A DNA stretch of 64,000 bases from Macrostomum hystrix (lineage: Eukaryota > Animalia > Platyhelminthes): the NCBI GenBank assembly GCA_950097015.1, contig CATNEN010000001.1, forward strand, positions 26,288,001 to 26,352,000, given 5' to 3'. Shown here piece by piece: positions 24,591 to 34,675 of the stretch. The translations under genes were made by a program, and so were the position numbers. The stretch's first letter is position 1; each line of letters opens with the position of its first letter. The notes under the pieces were generated by a model, which was not told the DNA's origin, did not search any database, and saw only the letters and a program-made list of their open reading frames with translations.

Positions 24591-25673
24591 CGCGGGGACC
24601 GATGTCGCAAAGTGCCTCCACCCACCGGATGCCGTCTCGGCGCCCGCACCCAGACCTTCGGGTTTTCGGGTGGGCAGCAGACCAACCCCGACGAGTCTCG
24701 CTGCCGTCTTCTACTGTCGGGGGACATTGAGCAAAATCCTTGACCTTCTCAAGCCGACATCCGCATCCTGCAATGGAACCTCAACGGTCTGCGGATGCGG
24801 CGCCCGGCTCTCGAACATCTACTAGAGGAGCTTCAAGTGGACGTGGCCGTCCTTCAGGAAACAAATCTGACAGCGCAAGATCACACCCCTAAGATGGCAG
24901 GCTTCTCTGCACACCGGCGGGACCGTGCCGTTCACAGGGGGGCAGCAGGCCATCACGGCGGGCTCCTCACCTTAGTCAGGCACGGGCTTGCCCACGAAGT
25001 GGCCCAGGGGGCATTGGGAGTCCCAGAGACCGCAGCGCTGGAGCACCTCATGATCCGGCTCCTCGGCAACAAGACACGCCCTCTCTACATCAGTAACGTC
25101 TACAGACCGCCGGTCCGCACTTCGGCAAGAGACGAGCGGGACGGCAGGCTGCATACCGACATGTGGCCAACAGAAAGCAACTGGCTGCTGCTCGGAGATC
25201 TGAATGCGCACGGTAGTTGGGATGAGCTAAGAGACCCAGACGCGATAGGCGAGGAGCTCGAAGACTGGATGACCAACCACAGCTGGACGACCTTGAACGA
25301 CGGAAGTCCGACGCGTGTGAGCCCAGGAGGAGCCGAGTCGACCCCGGACGTTTCGCTGTGTCACGCAGAGATGTCCAGCCGTGTCAGCTGGAACGTAAAA
25401 GACACCATGGGGTCAGATCACCTACCAATTCTACTGGCAGTGGCCTTCACGCAACCGAAAGGCAGCCGCAAACCTGCCCAGTACAATCTTAAACGTGCGG
25501 ACTTGCCGCTATTCGCCGGAAAGGCCGATGAGCAACTCCGTCACTGGTCGGCCGATGCTTTCGGATCGATAGAGGCCGCCAACAGCGAGTTCTGCAGACG
25601 CCTTCTCTCCGCTGCCAGCTGCATCCCACGAGGGAGTGTCAAGAAACCCAAGAGCTGGTGGAATGACAGCTGT
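24591..25673 (+). mobile_element. Inverted 5' portion of the same Ingi-like LINE: 5' leader, 2A-like peptide, APE endonuclease
   Basis: LLLSGDIEQNP*P then ILQWNLNGL, LQET, VYRPP, GDLNAH, NDGSPT, SDHLPI, ending at KSWWNDSC. This is the point where the minus-strand RT ORF (ASVDQRATRE) would continue. Confidence 0.85.
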
Positions 25674-26309
25674 CGAGCATTCTGCTGTCGTGCAGTACGT
25701 TGGCCCTCTGTTTTAGGATATTTTCTCTATCCGACAGTACTGCTTAACCAAAGTCTGCAGGTCAAACTGACCCGTCACAATCGTTACTTTTCGCTGACGT
25801 TGCCTAATAACTGACAGAAGGGAGCTACAAACGTTCGCATTCTCAGTCGGAACACGGCATCAAAGCCTTGATTCCATTAAATGGTACTTCAATGGAACAC
25901 GGTGCCTGTTCAGCCCAGCACATCGTCTCTCTGCGGCTGGTATTGACTATTTTATTTCATACATCGTCTACATGAGAGAATGTCATTCAATACACTTTTC
26001 GTCAAGTCCTTGCATCCAGCAGCGGTTAGCCAAAACAATGCAATCATACTCAGACTCAAAGATCAGTTGCAGGGGACTCTAGACTGCGAATGGGCAGCTG
26101 TATGATAGTCTCAGGCCCTTGGCGAGCCGGCAAATCCACATCCTGCCAGCAGATGCTGTACAATAGCCGCAGCGTGGCTGAGGCTCAGGCTGCATGATGC
26201 TCTCTCCCTTGTCTTTCGTTCAGATCAAGCATCCAAACCTACTTTGCTGGACTCGATCTTAGCTCGTCTATAGCATAACAGAAGTAGTAGTGATACCACA
26301 AGCTACCGC

Positions 26310-26577
26310 AGCACGCTAGACTCCCAGTCTCACACCAACCACCATACTCCACCCATCATACACACTGACCTGAGCACGCTAGACTCCCAGTCTCACACCA
26401 ACCACCATACTCCACCTATCATACACACTGACCTGAGCACGCTAGGCCGACATACCACACCCGATCCCATCCCAACATACCGACCCCTCATACCCCACTC
26501 CTTCACACCGACCCCTCATACCCCTCCTCACCCCTACACACCGACCCCTCATACCCCACCGCTTCACACCGACCCTA
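26310..26577. repeat. Two copies of a ~62-bp direct repeat followed by a degenerate C-rich ~30-bp repeat
   Basis: gcacgctagactcccagtctcacaccaacc occurs twice; accgacccctcatacccc units follow. Confidence 0.75.
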
Positions 26578-27624
26578 GTCGCAAGGGAATTCTCAATGCA
26601 CTATTAGCTGGAAACACGGCTTTCTGTTGCGCGTACTCACGGAAAACTTTCACTGGGAGGTGGGTAAGCTGCATAGGGAAGCTGGATCCTTCATGGAGTA
26701 CTTACATTCCATTCGAAATATCCATGAGCAACTCCATTCCAGGTATGCTTACACACTCATGAATACATAGCAATAAATCGATCCCAACTTGGATGTCTCC
26801 AGAACGGACATTTATGCAGCTTTCCAATTGAACTCTGGTAACATCCATGGTGGAAACTCTCTTATCAGTTCTCTTGATCTGATTGGGCTTGATCTGTTGT
26901 GTCCCGAGACGGGCCAGCCGGCTTCGCCTCTCGCTCAGGACGAGCAGGGAGGTTCAGCACTTCCGTCCTCCTATGTGTCGGCCTACTGTCGCACTAGACG
27001 CACAGGCAGTAAGCCGGCAACCAAGGTCGCAACGAATGCACACGCTCTGGTGACAAAGTCCTAGTGACTGAACCCGAAAAGACAGAGGCAGAACGACACT
27101 TACGTAGGCTAGCAGTCTTGTTTGCGCTCGGGAGAGCTGGCTGAGTTGATGTATTTTTTCTGGTAGGCGGTGGTTGGGGTGCTCAACAAAACAAAACAGT
27201 CACGTCAGAGGGGGACGAGCGCGCGCACGCCAATAAATAATACCTGCTCACCCAGGGTGAGCAGGGTAATACCCGATCACGGCTAAGCTGCAGGAGAGAG
27301 AGAGAAAGTAAGAGACAGAAAGAGAGAGAACCAGCCGCAGCCTCGCCAATCACGCAGGGTCAATAAGACAACTGGGCGAGCCGCGAACCAATGAGAGGGC
27401 AGAACGGGAGATGACAATAACAGGGGGTACGCAAACGTCTTAGCTCAACCAATCAGACGCCAGGGGTGAGAGAAATTGATAGGCAGGCAGGCGCAGAGCA
27501 AGAAAGGGGCAGGGGGGTAAGCGACTCAAAGTGCAACGCGATAGTGAAAGTACATAGAAAACTATTAAATCACAACAGATCAGTTTCGTCCAAACAGAGT
27601 TTCTCAAAAAGCAGTTTCTCGCTG

Positions 27625-27895
27625 ATGCATGAGGTGCTGACGCATGAGGTGCTGACGCATGAGGTGCTGACTCATGAGGTGCTGACACACGAGGTGCTGA
27701 CACATGAGGCGCTGACACATGAGATGCTGACGCATTAGGTGCTGACGCATGAGGTGCTGACACATGAGATGCTGACACATGAGGTGCTGACGCATGAGGT
27801 GCTGACTCATGAGGTGCTGACGCATGAGATGCTGACACATGAGGTGCTGACTCATGAGGTGCTGACGCATGAGGTGCTGACGCATGAGACACATG
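27625..27895. repeat. 15-bp minisatellite (catgaggtgctgacg)
   Basis: Read directly. Confidence 0.95.
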
Positions 27896-28410
27896 ATGTC
27901 TGAATGTTATCGACTTTTTCGATTGTATCGATTGTGTCATGGCATTTTTGTGCAAAAATTTGTGCATAATTTTGTCAGGTACATCTCAAAGAAGTGTTAA
28001 AATACTGCTAAGCGTGAAGGATGGCGAAAGCTGCAGCTGAACAATTGTTTTTCAAATCAAAACAATGTGCTTTGAACACAGGCTGATGTAGTCAAGCGAG
28101 ATCTATAGAAGAACCGAAGCTAGAAGCTAGAAGCTAGATCTAGAAGCTAGACCTAGAACGGGCATTTGCTGCGATACTTTTACATAGGTGTGGAATGTTA
28201 TAGTACTCGTATTTCGTATATTCGGAATAAGCGAAGTAATTATTTTTACAGACAATCAAACCTGCAGCACCTCTATCCTATCATTGAATGTATGATGAAT
28301 GAATTGAATTAATGTATGAACTAGAAACACACAAGTGCTGAAGGTATTTTCCTGACTGGCTTCAGTAAAAGGCGATGTCAAACTCAGGGGACCAAATATG
28401 GCCACAACGG

Positions 28411-28587
28411 TGTAAGGTGTGCGGTGATTCATTCTTGCATCGCGTCGTAAGTTAGCTCCGTAAATTGTGCAATGCAATGTACACTCTCTGGTGTACATCG
28501 CCAAATATAAAGTCGCTCACTTGAGGCTTTAGTCACCTCGTGTATTCTCGGTTCTCGCGCAGGTCTCGCCTTCTGACTTAGTTTACA
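28411..28587. mobile_element. 177-bp solo LTR (TGTAA...TTACA) with 4-bp TSD ACGG, Gypsy/Ty3-like
   Basis: Flanked by acgg on both sides. The paralogous empty site ccacaacggcttgtc is at about 9811. Confidence 0.75.
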
Positions 28588-28804
28588 ACGGCTTGCCTTG
28601 ATGGTGGGCCACTGCATGTGCTAACCGACTAATTGAAGACAAAAAACTTGTTCCAAAATTTCATCTTAGAATTATCATAGGGATCTTGGTACACTTTTAT
28701 TAACTCAAATTTAGTCTCATTACAATGAAGCACTGATTTGTTCTAAACGAAACTTCTCAGTTCACACACTGATCACGCCCTGGACCGTTGCAGCCTTCAT
28801 CGCA

Positions 28805-30547
28805 TTAGCCGATTAGCTGTGGCACAGGCAGTTCACAATTCCCATTTACTTCAATCCTGCCCGACTCCGCACAGGTGGCATAGCAGCGGCCGTTCACTTT
28901 GAAGGTCCGACACGCCACGCACATGTCTGGGCCGGGTCCCCAGCATTCGTCCTGGCACTGAGCATCGCAGGTAGCGTTCCGGCAAATCTCGCTGCTGTCA
29001 TCAAAGCTCAGGTTTTTTATTGTAATTTGAAATTCTTTAGTGACTTCCTGGATTTCTTGGATTCGATTGCTTGGATACCAGGCTCTGCAAAGATCTCTAA
29101 TATACTTAAGCTCAAGGTTAGGAGTATATTCCAAGCTGGCTAGTCCGAGGTATCTCGTCTTGAGAAATTCAATCTCAAAGGAAGAAGTGACATGTTTGAT
29201 GTTACGTAGGAATCGGAGATTTTCTGTCAAGTGTTCAGATCTCTGAATTCTTAAATTGCCGTAAAAGTACTCTAAATTCTCCAATGCTGTAAGGTTGTCT
29301 AAGCTACTTAAAATATCAGCAAACACGTATAGAGAAGAATCGGCCCTCCAAATCGAACACTGCTCAGTCCTCAATGAGTATGCTAAATTGTCTGACATCA
29401 TTAAGGAGACATTGCACGATTTGCAGGGCTTAGAGCTAATTTTGTCAATACACTTTGTGCAAACTCCTTTGATGAGGACTTCTTCTGACGGACACTCGAA
29501 TAAACAGCGCCTGCCGTCAGAGCTAACAAAAAAGGGCAGTGAGCACTTCTCTACGCAGATGTTGCCGATCTGTCGCCAAACAGTCACGCCAGTGCCATTT
29601 CCACTAGCGGTACTAGTATTCGACGGACAGGATTCTCTACAGACACCATTGAACAATACTCCTCTCCGACAGGCGAAGCACTCGTTGGGCCGGTTTGAGC
29701 AACCGCCAAGGCAGTCGTCGTCGCAGCAGTCTTCTTGGCCAGTGCTCGGGTTATGGAAGCATAGGTTCGTATAGTTACACTTGCGCTTACGACACAGATG
29801 ATTACTTTGGCAGCCATCGACACCGTCGGACCAGCAAGTTTGGTTATAAGTTGGAGTTTGAGTACAATTGGCGTGACAGGAAATCTGACGACTGCAGTTA
29901 TGCCTATCAATCACACTCGAGTTAGAGCTTTTCTTAACACTTTGGCCCTCTTCAGTAATAACAGAAATCACTTCATCAAAATAGCGCTGGTGTGGTTCTT
30001 GAAACAGGCTTCTCCAGTTGATACTGTAGGACAGGTAGCAGTACAAGCTAGACTTAATTTCTAGCCCAAGAGTATGAACACGTCGCTTTGTGATAGCTGT
30101 CAACTTGGGCAATTCCAGCTTGCTCATGTTCGGCGACATCCATATTCCAAACGTGTAGCCAGAAAATTTTTCAATAGCGTAACCTCGGATGGTGCGCAAG
30201 TTGCGGAAAATGACGCGCTCAAGGTTGACGAACCGGATCACAATTTTTCCGCTGATCTCCACAATGGAGTCAAGAAAGTCAGTTTGTATGTCACGAATTT
30301 CATCGTCCAGCAGTTCGTTCGTTATTTGGTCACTGCCAATATTGTCCAATGTCACGTCACCGAAAACATACTGGCAGCCAGCTACTAAAGCCGTTAAGTC
30401 CGCCTGCAAGCGACTAACATTTCTGTGGGTCTCATAGCCCTTGCCGGTTAAATATAAGGATTTGCAGATCCGGATGCCAGAAGCAACATTTTCGTGTAAC
30501 AACGGAAGCAAAAGAAGCAACCGAATAACAAGCTGCAGGAAATTCAT
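28805..30547 (-). CDS. Secreted EGFR/ErbB-ectodomain-only protein, copy B
   Basis: 580-aa ORF colinear with copy A without gaps; 491 of 580 residues identical by hand alignment. Confidence 0.9.
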   Translation of the reverse strand: MNFLQLVIRLLLLLPLLHENVASGIRICKSLYLTGKGYETHRNVSRLQADLTALVAGCQYVFGDVTLDNIGSDQITNELLDDEIRDIQTDFLDSIVEISGKIVIRFVNLERVIFRNLRTIRGYAIEKFSGYTFGIWMSPNMSKLELPKLTAITKRRVHTLGLEIKSSLYCYLSYSINWRSLFQEPHQRYFDEVISVITEEGQSVKKSSNSSVIDRHNCSRQISCHANCTQTPTYNQTCWSDGVDGCQSNHLCRKRKCNYTNLCFHNPSTGQEDCCDDDCLGGCSNRPNECFACRRGVLFNGVCRESCPSNTSTASGNGTGVTVWRQIGNICVEKCSLPFFVSSDGRRCLFECPSEEVLIKGVCTKCIDKISSKPCKSCNVSLMMSDNLAYSLRTEQCSIWRADSSLYVFADILSSLDNLTALENLEYFYGNLRIQRSEHLTENLRFLRNIKHVTSSFEIEFLKTRYLGLASLEYTPNLELKYIRDLCRAWYPSNRIQEIQEVTKEFQITIKNLSFDDSSEICRNATCDAQCQDECWGPGPDMCVACRTFKVNGRCYATCAESGRIEVNGNCELPVPQLIG

Positions 30548-32308
30548 TTTCTTTTGTGCTGCAGTGCTTTCTTTCTATTTTGATTCCCAGCTCTGAAGCT
30601 TTTCACTTCTTTAAATACCAATTGCATTAAATGCGACTCGTCGAAAACAAAATTCTTTCGCAGGCAAACTTTCAACAAAAAATAACACCACTTCCCACAT
30701 TTTGCCCGTTTCTCTGACTCTACAGAAAAAATTACTCAAAACATTTTCAAAAAAAGAAATCAATCAATAATCAAAAGACAAATAACTTTAGCTTGCTTGC
30801 TTTTTGGCTCTCAAATTCCATGAGTTAACTGTGCTCCAACTCGGGCAACTCAGTGAAAGAAGCGACGAAAGACTAAGTTTAAGTGAAGAATGTTTGTTTT
30901 TTATAAAAATAAAATGTAAGCCTGTGGTTGTATCTATAGCTCGATACAAAAAATCAATCAATAATCACCAGACAAAGCGCATTTGGCTGTTGTGATTTCG
31001 GCTCTTGAATCGCAGGAGTTCATTTTGCACCGGTGCGGGCAATTTTCAGTAAAAGAAGCGACGAACGAACCGAAAGACTAAGCACTTATTGAGCATTGAG
31101 TATTGAGCACTGACCTTCTTCTTGACGACTCCAACGGTTTCCTGCTCTGCCGCAGAACAAGCAGGCGACATCCCGACTCTCTCCCAGAAGTGACTAGTTC
31201 TACGTGAAAATGACACTTAGCCTATGAGTCGGGCCAGATGCTCAGCCATAGACTTTGAGCAGCACTTCCAAAGGCTGCTCACATCTGCTCCAGTCCATGG
31301 ACTGTGGGGACGCGACTGTGAGAGGACTGTGAGAAATCCACTTTGAATCTAGGGAATTGAGCGCCATGCTCAACGACGCAAATTGTCTCCGTGAGTTGCA
31401 TGCACGACATAAGTGCTTGCCTACTGTTGTGAGCGCTGATTGATATTAGATTTTTCAGTTTAGACATTCTCCAGCTAGCTCGTCAACTTGAAAAATTGTG
31501 GCAGGTTTTCATCGCTTTCGCTAATCAAATACGATGTGAATAAAATGCCTGCTTCACTGCAGCAAAACTGTGGTAGCATATATGTTTGAGAAATTGAATG
31601 CAGTTTTAGCTATAAAATATGAGCAATTCTTTTTTCCGACACGAAAAATGTATTAACGTCCCTACATGGCTGTAAGGCTGTAGCTTACCTGAGGTAGGTG
31701 CTTCTCATCTCTCATATAGAAGCACCTGATACAGTATATAGTAGTAGGCGAAAGGGGCCTTCTAGGGCAAAAATGATCGCAGCCTCCAGAATGCACAAAC
31801 CATTACCTTTATTATTCACGAAGAGATCACGCTGTTTTCAAGATTAATACGGCTATGATAAACAAACACTGCCACAATATATTCTCCCATTTGTCTGCTT
31901 AAACAGTTGCCCATTATATAAGTTAAAGTTTACTGATTTTTATCGCCGTATTTTCATGTTTCTTTGACAATATTTAGCATGTTTTACAAATATAAAGTAT
32001 GAATTAATGTACTAATGTACTAAACTAGAGTAAGTATATATGAATTCGCTAATAATGCAGTTATCATTTATATTTAAATATTTCCCACAGCTGCAGCATG
32101 CGCTCCACTCTACTGCCCTGTGAGTAGCCACCAAGGAGCACGATTCGAGAGCACTCCAAGGAGAGAGCGGCAGACACTGGCCTGCCCGTTGCCATGGCAA
32201 CAATTTCAGACATAAAAGCAGTCTCCGAGCTGCAGCGGGCCAGAGGTGGAATCACTGTGTGCTCACCTTGAGCAGTGCTCAATCAAACTTCTCACTCTAA
32301 TCAGTCCC

Positions 32309-32735
32309 ATGGCTGCTGGAGGCCCAAGCGATGACCAGGTGAGGGACTCAGAGTCAATCACAGTGCTCTTTCTATTGCTCAAATATTGACTGAGCTTGCC
32401 CACTGACTGTTGCATTGCCGACTCTCAGCTGCAGAGACTCGCCCAGCTGACCGTCCAGGGCGACTTTGGCCAGGTGCGCCAACTGGCGACGCGACAGCTG
32501 GTGGCAAGCACAGATGACAGCGAAAGGACTGTGTTGATGCTGGTGGCCGACGCTCCAGATACTCCCGTGGATGCTGAGAAATGCGTATTGTTCTTATTTG
32601 AGTTGAGCGCGGACCCGGGAGCGCGTGACGGGGCGGGCGACACGGCAGCGCACGTGGCAGCCAGGCGAAACCACCTGAGGCTGCTGGCGCTGCTGCCGTT
32701 CGATGCGAAGTGGCTGCAGAACGAGCGAGGCGCGG
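32309..32735 (+). pseudogene. Truncated paralog of the ankyrin-kinase gene (exon 32309-32338 plus part of exon 2 from 32429)
   Basis: Close copy of 832-1340 that breaks off at ...NERGA into a minisatellite. Confidence 0.85.
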
Positions 32736-33286
32736 CCACCCAGATCCCCAGACTGATCAGCCAGCCTCCCAGATCCCGAGACTGATCAGCCAGCCACCCA
32801 GATCCCCAGACTGATCAGCCAGCCTCCCAGATCCCCAGACTGATCAGCCAGCCACCCAGATCCCCAGACTGATCAACCAGTCACCCAGATCCCCAGACTG
32901 ATCAGCCAGTCTCCCAGATCCCCAGACTGATCAGCCAGTCTCCCAGATCCCCAGACTGATCAGCCAGTCTCCCAGATCCCCAGACTGATCAGCCAGTCTC
33001 CCCAGATCCCCAGACTGATCAGTCAGTCTCTCAGATCCCCAGACTGATCAGCCAGTCTCCCACATCCCCAGACTGATCAACCAGTCACCCAGATCCCCAG
33101 ACTGATCAGCCAGCCACCCAGATCCCCAGACTGATCAGCCAGCCACCCAGATCCCCAGACTGATCAGCCAGCCTCCCAGATCCCCAGACTGATCAGCCAG
33201 TGTCCGAGATCCCCAGACTGATCAGTCAGTCTCCCAGATCCCCAGACTGATCAGTCAGTCTCCCAGATCCCCAGACTGATCAGCCG
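32736..33286. repeat. 28-bp minisatellite (cccagatccccagactgatcagccagtc-like)
   Basis: Read directly. Confidence 0.95.
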
Positions 33287-34268
33287 AAGGAGTCGTTGAC
33301 GGAGATGGCCTGATGTCGTGGGACGAACGAACGAGTAGCGAATGACGATTATTATAGTATATGTTCCCTTCTGTCTCTTCTGTATATTTGTGCTTTTATC
33401 TCTTCACATATTCGTAGTCTGTGTCTTTCCAGAAATTTCTCCGTGTTCTGATTAACTCAAAAAGTTCAATTTTTCAATTTTTACCACCCACAACCCACCT
33501 CTAAGCACAATGCATTCAGCCTCACCAACTAGTTGGTTCAGGACATTGTGCTGCACAACACCCCGCTAATGGCACAAACATATAGACTTTGAAGACGTGA
33601 AAAACTGCTAAACTTCAGGAGCGTCATTCAGTTGGCTGTCAATTTTTCCGCAGTACAATTGTCCACAGTGAAATTGCAGGAGTAAAATTTCAGATTCTTT
33701 ACAAATAAAATATATCTTCATTTAATTCGCACTGCATCTGATTTTGTGTGATCTGGCAGTGTACACCCTCACTTTGAGGGTTTAATTGGGCCACATAATC
33801 TTAAATAACACGGTCCCGCCATGTATTCGAACTAAGTAACCTTGGTGAAGGAGTCACAGGCGTCTCAACCTCTCTGGAAGAAGCGTTATTAATTTATTTG
33901 TTTTCTACTAGAAGCAAAGTGTATTATCTTTTGAGCGGAACGCTCAACCGGCAGTTACCGAGGAGCAGGTGTTCCATGCCTAGTCATGCGGCTGTGAAAG
34001 CGACACGCGCGAGTTGCTGTAGCGAGACTGTTGCAGGCATTGCATGGGACGTGCTCTGGTTAGAAAAAATGCAACTGTGCAGGGAATCGCGGGGCTAACT
34101 AGAAAGAAAACTATTTCTTAATGTGAGCTTGGCTGTGAAACTGGTTCAAATAGTGACACACTCGATACGCAGCTCGCATATGCATGAATGAAAGCAGCTC
34201 ATTCTCGCGAACAGCCAGCAGAGCAAGACGTCAACCTCCCTCCAGCCTTCTGGAATCGTAACTTGCGC

Positions 34269-34502
34269 TGACGTGGTCCACGTAATGATTGCTGCCTAGC
34301 ATTCAAGCACAGTGAACGCTCCCCTTCCCTGCTCAAAGTTTTTCTTTCTTCAACACGATCCCCTGTTTCAGCGGGCTAGGGGGACAACTACCGAGAGATT
34401 TGAAATGGGAGCAGGGAGCCGAATGAAGGCGGCAGCGAAAACCGGCTGCTCCCGGCCGCAGCTCCACCCGCCCCTCCCCACCAATGCCCAAGCATGACGT
34501 GG
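34269..34502 (+). promoter_or_regulatory. Two UPRE-like TGACGTGG motifs (34269, 34495), plus an inverted CCACGTAA, upstream of the ER-lumenal CREC gene
   Basis: Exact matches to the XBP1/ATF6 UPRE TGACGTGG; TATA-like tattaaag at about 34569. Confidence 0.5.
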
Positions 34503-34675
34503 TCTAAACGATTTTTCCATTGTTCCTAGTCCTGAGCCCGGCTAGGAGACACGCGCCCGATCCTGGCGTATTAAAGGCGCACACTCAGCCCAGTGGCAAA
34601 GTTACTCCCCAACGACTACAAGCGCAGCGCATTGTTTTACGCCAGCTAGAGCGGCCTTCGCATCCAACTCATCCA

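Noticed and set aside
34520-34675. N-terminal extension of the calumenin ORF
   Set aside because: It starts at a non-ATG codon; the signal peptide begins at ATG 34676.
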